From: Nitrosopumilaceae archaeon | Lineage (GTDB): Archaea; Thermoproteota; Nitrososphaeria; Nitrososphaerales; Nitrosopumilaceae | Assembly (NCBI GenBank): GCA_965207375.1 | Contig: OZ242274.1 | Span: forward strand, 192,001-256,000 | DNA length: 64,000 bases | Direction: 5' to 3' | Shown here: piece after piece, positions 48,904 to 60,596 of the stretch | How positions within the stretch are numbered: the first letter of the stretch is position 1 | Layout: every line of letters starts with the position of its first letter | Position numbers and translations under genes: made by a program | Notes under the pieces: model-generated | Told to the model about the DNA's origin: nothing | Databases searched by the model: none | Seen by the model: the letters and a program-made list of their open reading frames with translations, nothing else

Positions 48904-50220
48904 TTGACACACGATTGTATCTTACACATTGGATTTGACGATACTGATTCTCCTAAAGGCATGTGCACCACTTATCTGGCATACAAGATTACTGATGCAA
49001 TCAAAAATGATGCTAAATTCTTAGATTATCCAAGACTCATTAGACTCAATCCCAATATTCCGTGGAAAACGCGTGGAAACGGCGCAGTATCTATGAAAAT
49101 TAAGACAAAAAATCCCCAAATAATAAAAGAAAAAATCAAAAAAATGATAAAGCAATACTCTGATGTTGCAAACGGAGCAAATCCGGGCCTCGTTTTTTAT
49201 CAGGGCTCCAAGGTTCCTGTACCGTATGGGGATTTTAGCAGGCAGGCACTGTGGAGGTTAATTCCTAGAAATATCGCTAAAAAATTTGCAAATAAAAACA
49301 ATTTAGAAACATTTTATCTAGGAAACGGGCAGGGATTAGTAGGTGCAATTGGCGCCATCGGTTATGAGTTTGAGGATTCAACTGTGGAGCTTCTCAGTTA
49401 CAGAAAAAAACCCATGTTTGGAAGAATACGAAAGATTTCTGCCCAAAGTGTAAAACAAATGCAGGATGCATACCCTGATACCTTTAACAGCTATGATAAT
49501 GACAGGAAAAAAATCCTGATGGCACCACACGGCCCAGATCCAGTCTTTTATGGACTGCGCGGTGAAGATCCGGCCGTACTGTATCATGCATCACAATCCA
49601 TCGAATTTGAGGAAAAACTTGACGGACACATGGTTTTTAGATCAAATCAGGCAACCGGAGATCATCTAAAAAACAAAATAGATGTAAACGAGCTTGCACC
49701 ATACACATCTGGTACTATACAAGGTGTTATCAGCAAATCTTCTGTCATGCATGCAGGAGGATACGTAATGTTTTGCTTGCGTTGCGGGGATACAGATGTC
49801 AACTGTATCGTGTACAAACCTACCGGTCTGTCGTGGGTGACACAAGAGTTGATTTTAGGCGATAAAATTAGAGTCGGTGGCAGTATAAGAAAATCTACTC
49901 CGAGATATCCCAGAGTTCTCAATGTAGAGTTTATCGATGTGATATCTCTTGAGACAAAAATTATTTTACAAAATCCGTCGTGTCCCAAATGCGGCAAAAA
50001 CATGAAATCAAAGGGCAAAAATCAGGGATTTTCATGCTCTAAATGCAAAACATACAACACACACAAAACCTACCAAAATGTATCTCGTAATATCAAAAAA
50101 CAAAAATACATACCCATAGTCTCTGCACATCGACATTTGACACGGCCCATGCAGCGAATGGGTAAATCCAATAAGGAAATAATTTTTGACGATACAATTC
50201 CATGGTTTGTAGTATACTAA
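48904..50220 (+). CDS. tiaS: tRNA(Ile2) agmatinylcytidine synthetase
   Basis: IGFDDTDS..GMCTTY, RLNPNIPWKTRGNG, PHGPDPVFYGLRG, CPKC...CSKC, HLTRP. Confidence 0.95.
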   Translation: MTHDCILHIGFDDTDSPKGMCTTYLAYKITDAIKNDAKFLDYPRLIRLNPNIPWKTRGNGAVSMKIKTKNPQIIKEKIKKMIKQYSDVANGANPGLVFYQGSKVPVPYGDFSRQALWRLIPRNIAKKFANKNNLETFYLGNGQGLVGAIGAIGYEFEDSTVELLSYRKKPMFGRIRKISAQSVKQMQDAYPDTFNSYDNDRKKILMAPHGPDPVFYGLRGEDPAVLYHASQSIEFEEKLDGHMVFRSNQATGDHLKNKIDVNELAPYTSGTIQGVISKSSVMHAGGYVMFCLRCGDTDVNCIVYKPTGLSWVTQELILGDKIRVGGSIRKSTPRYPRVLNVEFIDVISLETKIILQNPSCPKCGKNMKSKGKNQGFSCSKCKTYNTHKTYQNVSRNIKKQKYIPIVSAHRHLTRPMQRMGKSNKEIIFDDTIPWFVVY

Positions 50221-50222
50221 AA

Positions 50223-50312
50223 TAGCGGGGAGTAGATTTGAACTACTGATTTGCGGGTTATGAGCCCGCCGGGATGACCTAGCCCAAATGAGTCTGACTT
50301 CCCCACCCCGCT
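50223..50312 (-). tRNA. initiator tRNA-Met(CAT) with ~15-nt D-loop intron
   Basis: A1:U72, GCGGG-CTCATAA-CCCGC anticodon arm, TTCAAAT T-loop; 90 nt, about 75 plus a 15-nt insert (ACTCATTTGGGCTAG region). Confidence 0.9.
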
Positions 50313-50521
50313 GAATCAATAATTCATTTGGGCCGTATATTACGCTTTATCAAATGTATAATCAAAAGGCATCTCAGATTTGATATAGGTTAGGTAAGTA
50401 TTCTTCAAACAGATCATTTGAAGGACATAAAATTTAGGCTAGCTGCCTTTTTCTGAGATTTTTGTGCTCAATCAAATGTTTATTCTCAAGTAATTAATAT
50501 GCAAATTTTAAAGCAAAAAAC

Positions 50522-51616
50522 ATGGATAAAAAATTCAGAATCGCAGGAATTGCAGCAGCAATTGCAATATCTGTTGTAATTATGAGTTCTCCCGGAGCTC
50601 CACCACCACTTCCGGACCCTACAACTACAAATCAAGGAAACGAATCTGTGGAGGTTTTAGCTAGTAATTTGGACAAACCACGATCTCTTGCCCTTGCAGA
50701 TAATCGAATCTTTATCACAGAGAAATCAGGCAGGATTTTAGTTTTAGAAAATAACACATTGCTTCAAAAACCACTTGCAACATTTCGTGTTCCAGATGTT
50801 TTTGATGGGGGATTGCTAGGAATACAGACTCATCCAGACTTTGCAAATAATCATTATCTATACATATATCATACTTATGTACAAGATGGCTCGTTGTACA
50901 ACAAAATTACAAGAATTACTGAAAATAAGAGCCAGCTAGTACATGCCAAAACCATTTTAGATAAAATCCCAGGCTCCCCTTTTAGTAATGGAGGAGTCAT
51001 TAAATTCGGACCTGACGGGCATCTTTATGCGGCCACGGGTTCTGTTTCTGATTCCTTACATCTTGCACAGGATCCTGATTCGTTGGCAGGAAAAATTCTA
51101 AGATTAAACGATGATGGAAGTATTCCAGATACCAATCCCATTCACGACTCTGCAGTTTATGCCATGGGATTTAGAAATCCACAGGGAATGGCATGGGATG
51201 CAGTTGGGAATTTCTATATGACAGACATGGGACCTACAAAAAGTGATGAAATCAATTTGGTATTGCCTGGACAAAACTATGGGTGGCCAGAACAAGAGTG
51301 TGCAGGAAAACCATATGAGGACTCGATTTTATGTTATGATCCTGCAATAGAGCCGGGTGGGATTTTAGTTTATGACGGGGATTTGCTTGACATACAAGGA
51401 AAACTAGTAATGACTGCACTTCGTGCATCTAATCTTTATACTGTTGACCTGCAAAATCCCGGTCTTCAAACCCAAGACATTATACTAAGTGGTATAGGAC
51501 GCATTCGTGATGTAGCCCAGGCACCTGATGGCAGTCTATACATCTTGACCTCAAATACGGACGGCAAAGGTTTTCCAACAGATGATGACGACAGATTGTT
51601 GAGGATAGTTAATTAA
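50522..51616 (+). CDS. PQQ-dependent glucose/sorbosone dehydrogenase family
   Basis: GGLLGI..HPDF, FGPDGHLY, GKILRL, GFRNPQG, GRIRDV. Confidence 0.9.
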   Translation: MDKKFRIAGIAAAIAISVVIMSSPGAPPPLPDPTTTNQGNESVEVLASNLDKPRSLALADNRIFITEKSGRILVLENNTLLQKPLATFRVPDVFDGGLLGIQTHPDFANNHYLYIYHTYVQDGSLYNKITRITENKSQLVHAKTILDKIPGSPFSNGGVIKFGPDGHLYAATGSVSDSLHLAQDPDSLAGKILRLNDDGSIPDTNPIHDSAVYAMGFRNPQGMAWDAVGNFYMTDMGPTKSDEINLVLPGQNYGWPEQECAGKPYEDSILCYDPAIEPGGILVYDGDLLDIQGKLVMTALRASNLYTVDLQNPGLQTQDIILSGIGRIRDVAQAPDGSLYILTSNTDGKGFPTDDDDRLLRIVN

Positions 51617-52866
51617 TGCCTGATTCATCTATTTCAAAATTCTTTGAAAAAACCAGACAGCAAAGATTAGAAATAATTAAAAATTTTGCCAATCTTTTAG
51701 ATGATGATATAAAGTTATTAGAGAATCCTGATGGTGGAATCACATTTGATGCAGCCGATAAGATGGTTGAGAATGCCTTTGCAACGTTTTCACTCCCCCT
51801 AGGTGTGGCAACTAACTTTTGTATAAATAAAAAGGATTATCTTATTCCAATGGCAATTGAGGAGCCTTCTGTAATTGCTGCTGCCTCAAAAGCTGCAAAA
51901 CTTGCAAGAGTTTTAGGAGGCTTTACTGTAACTGCTGATGAATCTTACAGCATAGGACAGATTCAGGTCTTGGGTGCAGATACAGATGCGATTTTAAAAA
52001 TAAAACAAAACACCCAACAGATTCTAGATCTTGCAAATTCAAAAAGCAGTACCCTGTCTGGTCTGGGCAAAGGTGCCAAACAAATTACCTGCAAACAACT
52101 TGCTACAGATTCAGAATCAATGCTAATAGTTGAGCTGCTAATTGATGTGGGAGACGCAATGGGTGCCAATGTAACTAATACAATGTGCGAAGGTGTGGCG
52201 CCGCTAGTTGAAAAATTGACTGGAGGAAGGACACTGCTTAGAATACTTTCAAACTATTCTACTAGTCGTATGGTAAAGGCTGTTGCAATCTTTGACAAGG
52301 AATCAATAGGTGGAGAAAAGGTGATACATGACATGATTGCTGCATATCAATTTGCAAAACATGATGTGTACAGGGCAGTGACGCACAACAAAGGAATAAT
52401 GAATGGAATAATTGCAGTGTCCAATGCAACAGGACAAGACAGTAGAGCAATTGAGGCTGCAGCCAATGCATATGCTGCGCGTTCAGGACAGTATACATCA
52501 TTGACATCATGGAATACAGATTATACAGGCAATCTTGTAGGTACTCTTGAGATGCCACTTGCAGTTGGAATTGTTGGCGGCATCATCGGCGTTCATCCGG
52601 TTGCAAAAATATGTGCAAAGATTTTGGGTGTAGAATCTGCAAAACAGCTTGCTTGTATAATTGCTGCTGTGGGATTAGCTCAAAACTTTAGTGCAATGAG
52701 GGCACTTGTCACCGATGGAATCCAAAAGGGTCACATGAGACTGCACGCCAGAAATCTGGCCTTGGCAGCAGGTGCCACTGCCAATCAGATTGACAAGATA
52801 GCCTCTAAAATGATTGAACAAAACAATATTACGTTAAACAGGGCTCGGGAGCTTCTTGAAAATTAA
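51616..52866 (+). CDS. hmgA: HMG-CoA reductase, class II
   Basis: EEPSVIAA, DAMGAN, HNKGIMNG, GIQKGHMRLH. Confidence 0.93.
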   Translation: MPDSSISKFFEKTRQQRLEIIKNFANLLDDDIKLLENPDGGITFDAADKMVENAFATFSLPLGVATNFCINKKDYLIPMAIEEPSVIAAASKAAKLARVLGGFTVTADESYSIGQIQVLGADTDAILKIKQNTQQILDLANSKSSTLSGLGKGAKQITCKQLATDSESMLIVELLIDVGDAMGANVTNTMCEGVAPLVEKLTGGRTLLRILSNYSTSRMVKAVAIFDKESIGGEKVIHDMIAAYQFAKHDVYRAVTHNKGIMNGIIAVSNATGQDSRAIEAAANAYAARSGQYTSLTSWNTDYTGNLVGTLEMPLAVGIVGGIIGVHPVAKICAKILGVESAKQLACIIAAVGLAQNFSAMRALVTDGIQKGHMRLHARNLALAAGATANQIDKIASKMIEQNNITLNRARELLEN

Positions 52867-53311
52867 TTGCAACAGGTAGAATTTATGACGTGTTTCTCAG
52901 GTGGTACAAAAACTAGTGATTTTTCTATTTCTTCAAAATCGCTTGTTCATCTTTAGTATCATATTTCCTGTATATTTTGCTTATATTTTTCTAGGGCAAA
53001 ATTTCATAGTTTTAACATTAAGGTACTGTAGGATTTATTTTGTTTCAGGCAAACATTTCATCAGTGTCTGAGACAATTGTTAAGATAGGGTGTATTGATT
53101 TTGCTAGTATTTGCAATGATAGTAATAGTAGGCTTTGCGCTCAATCAAATTTTGAATTAAAAATGATTAATTTTTTGATATATGATTCTGAAACAAATGG
53201 CACATTGAAAGAATTTCAGGCGCGAGGGCAGTCTAGAGAATTTTACCAACAGTCAATTCAGGAACACCTGAATTAATGACGTTATTATATAGATACAAAC
53301 AAGATACACCC

Positions 53312-54289
53312 ATGTCCAAAATAAGATTTGCCATACCAAAGGGAAGCTTAGAAGAGGCCACCTTTAAGATCCTAGAGAGAGCTTGGACCAAGGTAAATCG
53401 CAAGAGCAGAACCTACCGGGTATATCTAGATGATCCCAAAATTGTAGTCAAGATGCTACGACCCCAAGAGATCCCGACTCTGGTCAGTGAAGGGTTATAC
53501 GATGTGGGAATTACCGGCAAAGACTGGGTGGGCGAAACAAAATCCGACGTAGAACCAATTTTAGATTTAGAGTACGGAAAGATCAGACTAGTTGTCGCAT
53601 TTCCGGACAGTTACAGATACAAGAATCTCGATGCCATGATTGCAGATTATGCTAAAAAGAAAAAGACACTAAGAATATCATCTGAATATCTTACAACTGC
53701 ATCTGGATTCATCAAGGGGTGTCCGTCTTACAAAAAATACTTTGGTAATGCAGATCCGCAGATAGTCACTCCCTGGCTACGCACCGGAACCAACAAATCA
53801 CTTCAGATTCACCTGTCCTTTGGTGCAACAGAGGCAAAGCCACCTGAAGATGTAGATGCAATCATTGACGTAACTGAAACAGGAACGACACTAAAACAAA
53901 ACAAGCTTAAAATTGTCGAGGAGATTCTCACCTCAACTGCTCACCTAATAGCAAACAAAAAATCACTCAAAGACAAGACAAAGCGAGAAAAGATATTTGA
54001 TATAGTTACATTGATGAGGGGTGCAGTACATGCAAAAAAACATCTACACATCTATCTAAACGTCGAAGAAAAGAATCTCTCAAAACTATTAAAACAGATA
54101 TCCTCATTGAAAAAGCCGACAATTAGTCCCCTGAGTCAAAACGGCTGGTACGGGGTAAATACTATAATTACAAAGTCAGAATTTCACAAAATAATTCCGC
54201 AATTACGCAAAATCGCACAGGGACTAGTAGTACACGAACCACGACAAATCCTCGAACTTGAGGAGATCAAACGTGATGAAGAAAATTGA
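53312..54289 (+). CDS. hisG: ATP phosphoribosyltransferase
   Basis: FAIPKGSL, DVGITGKD, GATE, DVTETGTTL. Confidence 0.95.
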   Translation: MSKIRFAIPKGSLEEATFKILERAWTKVNRKSRTYRVYLDDPKIVVKMLRPQEIPTLVSEGLYDVGITGKDWVGETKSDVEPILDLEYGKIRLVVAFPDSYRYKNLDAMIADYAKKKKTLRISSEYLTTASGFIKGCPSYKKYFGNADPQIVTPWLRTGTNKSLQIHLSFGATEAKPPEDVDAIIDVTETGTTLKQNKLKIVEEILTSTAHLIANKKSLKDKTKREKIFDIVTLMRGAVHAKKHLHIYLNVEEKNLSKLLKQISSLKKPTISPLSQNGWYGVNTIITKSEFHKIIPQLRKIAQGLVVHEPRQILELEEIKRDEEN

Positions 54290-55554
54290 TGAAAATCATT
54301 CCAGTCAACAACATACCGCAGTTTTTAAAGAAAATAGACACAAAAAACTCTCCCAAAAATCACAAGATTGTCGAATCCATCCTCAAAGATGTAAAAAATA
54401 ACGGTGATACTGCCCTTAAAAAATATGAAAAAAGATTCAGTACGCCAAAAATTACATCACTCAAAGTTTCAAGGCGCCAAATTACAGCTGCGTATAGTAA
54501 AGTTTCAGCAGCCGATGTTGCTGCAATCCGACTCGCAAAATCCAGACTATACAGAGCAGAATCTGCCATACTGCGTCAGCTAAAGAGTATCACAATAAAA
54601 TATGACACTGCAAAGCTGTCAAAATCATTTGTTCCAATAGACAGTGTCGGGTGTTATGTGCCGGGTGGTTCTGCAAGATATCCAAGCTCTGCTATAATGT
54701 CAGTTACTCCTGCCAAAATTGCAGGCGTAAAACGAATTGTTGTAGTTTCTCCCCCTGATAAGACCGGAAATATGGATCCTCTAACTATAGTGGCTGCTGA
54801 CATTTGTGGTGCTACTGAAATTTACAAGACAGGTGGCGCACAGGCTATTGCCGCCCTTGCCTATGGTACACGCAGCATACCAAAGGTAGACAAGATTGTA
54901 GGACCCGGAGGTGCATTTGTAACTTTGGCAAAATGGCTTGTCAGCAATGTTGTACCAATTGACATGATGGCAGGCCCCACCGAACTAGGAATTGTAATTG
55001 ACTCTGTACAGGATACAGATCTTGCAGTATTGGATCTTATTTCTCAGGCAGAGCACTCTCCTGACACCGTTTGCTATGTGCTGACCACCTCTGCTGTAAT
55101 TGCCAAAAAAATCCAATCCGGCATAAACTCTAAACTAAACAGCATACCTCGCTCAAAGATTGTAAGGCACAGTCTTGATACAAACGGATTTATCGCAATA
55201 TGCAAAAATGCAGATATTACACGGATTGCAAATGAGCTTGCACCAGAACACCTCGAAATTATAAGCAAAAGGCCAAAAAGTTACAACAAGATCAAAAATC
55301 CGGGGCTGATTCTTTTGGGCAAAAACACTCCATCTTCTGCTAGTGACTATCTGTTGGGTTCAAATCACATCCTGCCCACAAACGGATTTGGAAAAACTAG
55401 AGGCTCCTTATCTGTACTAGATTTTCTCAAGATGCTTGCCAAAATCAGTACCTGCACAAAAGATTTACAGAAAATATCAAAACCCCTAAGACGGCTAACT
55501 TTGGCAGAAGGATTGCCAAATCATTATGAAGCAGTAAGAGGCAGATTGCAATGA
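54286..55554 (+). CDS. hisD: histidinol dehydrogenase
   Basis: GCYVPGG, KIVGPG, AGPTE, QAEH, APEHL, GSNHILPT. Confidence 0.95.
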   Translation: MMKIIPVNNIPQFLKKIDTKNSPKNHKIVESILKDVKNNGDTALKKYEKRFSTPKITSLKVSRRQITAAYSKVSAADVAAIRLAKSRLYRAESAILRQLKSITIKYDTAKLSKSFVPIDSVGCYVPGGSARYPSSAIMSVTPAKIAGVKRIVVVSPPDKTGNMDPLTIVAADICGATEIYKTGGAQAIAALAYGTRSIPKVDKIVGPGGAFVTLAKWLVSNVVPIDMMAGPTELGIVIDSVQDTDLAVLDLISQAEHSPDTVCYVLTTSAVIAKKIQSGINSKLNSIPRSKIVRHSLDTNGFIAICKNADITRIANELAPEHLEIISKRPKSYNKIKNPGLILLGKNTPSSASDYLLGSNHILPTNGFGKTRGSLSVLDFLKMLAKISTCTKDLQKISKPLRRLTLAEGLPNHYEAVRGRLQ

Positions 55555-56618
55555 GTATATGGTATGAAAAAAAATTGGAGCAAATTTCAAGACTTGGAGG
55601 ATACAAAAAGCCTGAAAAGTTAGACGGTGCACTAAAGCTTGACTCTAATGAGAATTTTGTAATAAACAAAAAGTTCCAACACGATGTTATATCTTTTGCC
55701 AAGACAAATTCTGATGTTAGACAATACCCGTTAGGCGGTATTGAAAGACTCGTATCAAAGTTGGCCAAACACCTTCGAGTTTCTACAAACATGGTAGGTG
55801 TTGGCAACGGCTCTGATCAAATTCTGGATCTGTTTTTGGCAAATCTGGCATCAAAAAAGACCCGAATCTTGACCTCGGATCCAACATTTGGATTTTTTGA
55901 GGAGCGCTGTAAACTGTACGGCATTCCTTGTACAAAGATTCCGTTTTCCAAAGACATGAAACTTGACATTGAGAAATTTCACGAAAATCTAAAAAAGTGC
56001 CAAATTCTGTATCTGGATTCTCCAAACAATCCGACCGGATTCTGCTTTTCAAAGAATCAGATAGAGTCACTAGTCAAAAAATTTGGCGGACTAGTAATTG
56101 TAGATGAGGCATATGGCGAGTTTGCTAGCTCATCTACAGTATCACTTGCAAAAAGATACGACAACTTGATTGTTGTAAAGACCTTTTCAAAGGCATTTGG
56201 CCTTGCAGGTCTGCGTCTGGGCTATTTTGTTGCAAACGCAAAAATTACAGATACGTTCAACCGAGTTTTACAATATCCTTATCCTCTAAGTACACTTGCA
56301 ATTGAGGCAGGCATTGCCTCTTTAGACAGAACACACCTTATACAGGAGGCAGCAAAAACAATAAAATCAGAACGCAAAAGAATAATTCAAAATCTGCGTA
56401 AATATGACACATTTACCGTCTTTGATTCAGATGCTAATTTTGTGTTGTTTGATGCAAAGGGTGCAGACAAGCGTGTATACACTGCACTAGTAGAGCAGGG
56501 AATCTCCATACGCAAGCTAGGCAGGATTGGAATTCATCCGGGGTGCCTGCGTGTTACGGTTGGCACAAAGGAGATGAACTCTAAATTCCTTTTGGCAATA
56601 CGTGATCTGTTGGGATAA
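55551..56618 (+). CDS. hisC: histidinol-phosphate aminotransferase
   Basis: LDSNEN, PNNPTG, DEAY, TFSKAFGLAGLRLGY. Confidence 0.95.
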   Translation: MSIWYEKKLEQISRLGGYKKPEKLDGALKLDSNENFVINKKFQHDVISFAKTNSDVRQYPLGGIERLVSKLAKHLRVSTNMVGVGNGSDQILDLFLANLASKKTRILTSDPTFGFFEERCKLYGIPCTKIPFSKDMKLDIEKFHENLKKCQILYLDSPNNPTGFCFSKNQIESLVKKFGGLVIVDEAYGEFASSSTVSLAKRYDNLIVVKTFSKAFGLAGLRLGYFVANAKITDTFNRVLQYPYPLSTLAIEAGIASLDRTHLIQEAAKTIKSERKRIIQNLRKYDTFTVFDSDANFVLFDAKGADKRVYTALVEQGISIRKLGRIGIHPGCLRVTVGTKEMNSKFLLAIRDLLG

Positions 56619-56619
56619 A

Positions 56620-57537
56620 ATGAGTAACCAAAAATTTGACTGCATAGTCTTTGATTGTGATGGAGTGCTAGTTGACATAAAACAGTCTTATGATAAGACA
56701 ATACAGAAAACATGCAGTTATGTACTGTATCAGATAGGAATTGACTCGATACTAGTTGATCACAAAATAATAGACGGATTCAAGGCAACAGGTGGATTCA
56801 ATGACGAGGTGGACCTGACATATGCGGCAATACTGTCCCTTTATGCAGCAGACAAACTAAACCAGAAACCTTATGACTTTTTATGCGAGGTCATCTCACA
56901 TGCTGATAAAACCGGAATACGCTCCGTTGTGGCATATATTGAATCAGTATGTGATGTATCTGAAATTTTATCAAAACTAGGCTCACTACACGATAGACAC
57001 TGCAATCCTGTGTATGCAGTCTTTGATCAGCTCTTCTTTGGACCGCAGCTATACAAGAAATTATTTGGCAAGCCATCAAAGTTTTCCCAACCTGGAATGA
57101 TTTTAAATGATATGGTAATTTTGTCTGAATCATTGTTAAAGTTACTACAAAAAGAGTTTGGTACACGACTTGCACTAGTTACCGGACGGGGAATCGAATC
57201 GGTTCGCTATACCCTAAAGGAGATGCTTGACTATTTTGATGTAAAAAGTTCTGCATTTTTAGAAGATGAGCCAAGGGATCTTGCAAAGCCTAATCCTGCA
57301 AGTCTGATTTCTGCCATGATTTCAATGGGGTCAAAAAATTGCCTTTATGTGGGAGATTCCCTAGAGGATTACATAATGGCAAAGGAGGCAGCTCTTGCAG
57401 GCAAAGATGTCACATTTTGTGCAATTGTAGGCACAAGTGCCAATCCACAAGACAGGCGTAAAATGTTTGAGGATTCTGGTGTACAGATGATCCTAGACTC
57501 AATTGATGATCTTCCGAAGGCATTAAATTTAGATTGA
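56620..57537 (+). CDS. HAD-family hydrolase (candidate histidinol-phosphate phosphatase)
   Basis: FDCDGVL, KPNP, YVGDS; inside the his operon. Confidence 0.85.
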   Translation: MSNQKFDCIVFDCDGVLVDIKQSYDKTIQKTCSYVLYQIGIDSILVDHKIIDGFKATGGFNDEVDLTYAAILSLYAADKLNQKPYDFLCEVISHADKTGIRSVVAYIESVCDVSEILSKLGSLHDRHCNPVYAVFDQLFFGPQLYKKLFGKPSKFSQPGMILNDMVILSESLLKLLQKEFGTRLALVTGRGIESVRYTLKEMLDYFDVKSSAFLEDEPRDLAKPNPASLISAMISMGSKNCLYVGDSLEDYIMAKEAALAGKDVTFCAIVGTSANPQDRRKMFEDSGVQMILDSIDDLPKALNLD

Positions 57538-57559
57538 TGTAACATGTGTATTTATTAGG

Positions 57560-58147
57560 ATGAAAAAGCGATCAAGCAAACAAAAACGTGAGACAAAGGA
57601 GACTGCCGTTTCAGTAATTGTCAATATTGACGGTACCGGCAAAACTAGCGTATCTACAGGTACAAGCTTTGTTGATCACTTGATTATAGCGTTTGCAAAA
57701 CACGCAATGCTAGACTGTACTATACAGGCAAAATCAAAGGACAACATCGTACATCACTTAATTGAGGATACTGCAATTACAATTGGAAATGCAATTGATG
57801 CTGCATTGGGAGACCGAAAAGGCATTACGCGCTTTGGCCATGCATCTGTTCCGATGGATGAATCACTAGCTGAGGCCTCAGTTGATTTGGTAAAAAGACC
57901 GTTTTATAATCTGACTTTGCGTATTAAAAGGACAAATATTGAGGACGTATCAAAGGAGGATCTTGAACATTTTTTCCAGTCTTTACTACAGAATTTAAAC
58001 TGCTGCGTACACCTTGCTGTAAAATACGGCGACAATGATCACCACAAAGTAGAGGCTGCAATAAAATCTCTAGCCGTGGCATTTAGGTCTGCATGCAGTC
58101 CTGATTCTGCGCAAAAAGGAATTCCAAGTACAAAAGGCGCAATGTAA
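57560..58147 (+). CDS. hisB: imidazoleglycerol-phosphate dehydratase
   Basis: [29 protein letters not shown]. Confidence 0.95.
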   Translation: MKKRSSKQKRETKETAVSVIVNIDGTGKTSVSTGTSFVDHLIIAFAKHAMLDCTIQAKSKDNIVHHLIEDTAITIGNAIDAALGDRKGITRFGHASVPMDESLAEASVDLVKRPFYNLTLRIKRTNIEDVSKEDLEHFFQSLLQNLNCCVHLAVKYGDNDHHKVEAAIKSLAVAFRSACSPDSAQKGIPSTKGAM

Positions 58148-58749
58148 TGAGTAATATTGCAATATTTGATTACGGGGCAGGAAATATCTTTAGTCTCAAA
58201 AACGCGTTGGAAAAACAAAATGCAACAGTGACGGTACAGACTAGAGTAGACAAGCTGTCCGGATATGACGGAATTTTTCTGCCCGGAGTAGGCAACTTTG
58301 ATCCTGCAATACAAAGCATAAGCTGCGGCCCGGCAGATTTTTGCCAAATTGTAGGAGATACTCCAGTCTTTGGAATATGTCTGGGCATGGAGATGTTCTT
58401 TGAGAAAAGCCAGGAAGGTACACAAAAAGGCCTAGGAGTCATTGCAGGCGACGTAATTGTGTTGCCTGACACACTAAAGGTTCCACACATGGGATGGAAC
58501 GAACTCAAAATAAAACAGGAAAATAAAATCCTCGATGGAGTACCTGACGGCTCTTGGGTTTACTTTGTACACTCGTACAGGGCAAATCCTATATCGTCTG
58601 ATGTTATAGTTGCAGAATCCGACTATGCCATTAAGGTTCCTGCCATAGTTTGCAAGGATAACTATTTTGGAACCCAGTTTCACCCAGAAAAATCAGGTGA
58701 TATAGGCGCCCAGATGCTGAGGAATTTTCTGCGAGAGTGCTCCAAATGA
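58147..58749 (+). CDS. hisH: imidazole glycerol phosphate synthase glutaminase subunit
   Basis: DYGAGN, PGVGNF, GICLGM, PHMGWN, QFHPEKS. Confidence 0.95.
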   Translation: MSNIAIFDYGAGNIFSLKNALEKQNATVTVQTRVDKLSGYDGIFLPGVGNFDPAIQSISCGPADFCQIVGDTPVFGICLGMEMFFEKSQEGTQKGLGVIAGDVIVLPDTLKVPHMGWNELKIKQENKILDGVPDGSWVYFVHSYRANPISSDVIVAESDYAIKVPAIVCKDNYFGTQFHPEKSGDIGAQMLRNFLRECSK

Positions 58750-59456
58750 AGATAATCCCTGCCATTGATTTGATGGATGGCGCAGTAGTTAGACTGTACA
58801 AGGGGGATCCTTTACAAAAAACGGTATACAGCGATAATCCCACACATGTTGCCAAAAGATACCAGTCAGCAGGTGCTGACATGTTGCACATTGTAGATTT
58901 GGATGCGACCCTTGGAACCGGCAGCAATTTGGATTTGATTGAAAAAATCACCAAAGAGCTGCATGTTCCGGTGCAGGTAGCAGGAGGCCTACGCAATGAA
59001 TCAATAATTGATAGAGTAATTTGCTTTGCTGCAAGAATCGTAGTTGGAACCCTAGCATTTACTGATAAAAAACTCTTGGCAGACATTGCTAAACGGCACG
59101 GGTTTTCCAAAATTGTAATTTCAGTTGATCATGCAAATGGATATATCGTCACACACGGATGGCAAAAAAGTACCAAGGTGCCGCTGCTTTGTGCAATAAA
59201 CGAGTTTATGGCAATGGGTTTTACAGAATTTTTATTAACCAACGTGCACAAAGATGGCACACTACAGGGGCCTGACCTGGAATTTCTAGAAAAGGCATGC
59301 AGTATAAAAAACGCAAATGTGATTGCAAGCGGCGGAATATCTGGCATTGAAGACGTATCTGATGTATACAAACAAGACGCATATGCGGTAATCTTGGGCA
59401 AGGCACTATACGAAAACAAGATATCAATCCAGGAGGCAAAAAAAATTGTTAACTAG
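58746..59456 (+). CDS. hisA: ProFAR isomerase
   Basis: IIPAIDL.DG.VVRL.KG, HIVDLD, DGTLQG, IASGG. Confidence 0.95.
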   Translation: MKIIPAIDLMDGAVVRLYKGDPLQKTVYSDNPTHVAKRYQSAGADMLHIVDLDATLGTGSNLDLIEKITKELHVPVQVAGGLRNESIIDRVICFAARIVVGTLAFTDKKLLADIAKRHGFSKIVISVDHANGYIVTHGWQKSTKVPLLCAINEFMAMGFTEFLLTNVHKDGTLQGPDLEFLEKACSIKNANVIASGGISGIEDVSDVYKQDAYAVILGKALYENKISIQEAKKIVN

Positions 59457-60246
59457 GAGAATCATACCGTGTCTAGATGTCAAAAACGGCAGAGTTGTAA
59501 AGGGACTCAACTTTGCATCCATAAAGGACGCAGGAGATCCGGTACAGCTTGCAGCCAAATACAGCAAAGAGGGTGCAGACGAGCTTGTCTTTTTGGATAT
59601 CACTGCATCGCAAGAAAAGCGCAAGACAGTGCGGCAACTAGTATCTGGTATAGCTCAAGTAATTGATATTCCATTTACTGTGGGCGGCGGTGTAAACAGT
59701 ATGGAGGATGCAAGAAATATCCTGCTTAGCGGGGCTGACAAAGTCGGCGTAAACACAGGTGCTGTAAAAAATCCACATTTACTGGCAGAATTAATGTCAA
59801 TATTTGGCAAGCAGTGTGTTGTAATTGCAATAGATGCAAAACGCAATTATGTGCAAGACTCTACTAAGACAATGTTTGAAGAGGGAGGCAAAAAATTCTG
59901 GTTTGAGGTTTTCATATATGGCGGTAAAAAACCAACAGGCCTTGATGCAATACAGTGGGCAAGGCAGGCAACTACACTAGGTGCAGGAGAGGTCCTTCTT
60001 ACTAGCATAGACCGGGATGGGACAAAGGACGGATACGACGTGTCCCTTACGCGGGCAATAGTTGATTCAGTATCTGTGCCTGTAATTGCATCTGGCGGAT
60101 GCGGCAGGCCCGAAGACATGTGCGAGATTTTTGAAAAATCAAATGTAGATGCTGCACTTGCAGCATCAATATTTCACTATGAGGGCAGCTCAGTTAATGC
60201 AGTCAAAAAAATACTCAAAGATAAAAACATCCCTGTACGATTATAA
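59446..60246 (+). CDS. hisF: imidazole glycerol phosphate synthase cyclase subunit
   Basis: [30 protein letters not shown]. Confidence 0.96.
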   Translation: MLTRRIIPCLDVKNGRVVKGLNFASIKDAGDPVQLAAKYSKEGADELVFLDITASQEKRKTVRQLVSGIAQVIDIPFTVGGGVNSMEDARNILLSGADKVGVNTGAVKNPHLLAELMSIFGKQCVVIAIDAKRNYVQDSTKTMFEEGGKKFWFEVFIYGGKKPTGLDAIQWARQATTLGAGEVLLTSIDRDGTKDGYDVSLTRAIVDSVSVPVIASGGCGRPEDMCEIFEKSNVDAALAASIFHYEGSSVNAVKKILKDKNIPVRL

Positions 60247-60269
60247 GGAAATTATACCATGATACATCA

Positions 60270-60596
60270 ATGAACAAAACGGTCAAAGAGATTGATTTTG
60301 CAAAGGGCGGAGGTCTAGTTCCGGTTATAGTTCAAGATGCAGATACAAAACAGGTTTTGACATTGGCCTATGCCAACAAAGAGTCTCTAGAGCTTGCCAA
60401 AAAAACGGGCAACTCTTGGTTTTGGAGCAGATCACGAAACAAACTGTGGATGAAGGGCGAAGAATCTGGTAACGTTCAAAAAATAAAAGACATTCTTGTT
60501 GATTGTGATTCTGATGCACTCATTTATCTGGTAGAGCCGTCTGGTCCTGCATGTCATACTGGACAAAAGGTCTGTTTTCATCATACGCTGGATTAA
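60270..60596 (+). CDS. hisI: phosphoribosyl-AMP cyclohydrolase
   Basis: WSRSR..LW.KGE.SG, DCD.D, ACHTG..CF. Confidence 0.95.
   Translation: MNKTVKEIDFAKGGGLVPVIVQDADTKQVLTLAYANKESLELAKKTGNSWFWSRSRNKLWMKGEESGNVQKIKDILVDCDSDALIYLVEPSGPACHTGQKVCFHHTLD

Noticed and set aside
50223-50312. D-loop intron in initiator tRNA as a novelty
   Set aside because: Non-canonical intron positions are established for thaumarchaeal and crenarchaeal tRNAs.
53312-60596. his operon lacking hisE and containing a HAD gene
   Set aside because: Appears to be the ordinary thaumarchaeal arrangement; hisE may lie outside the window.
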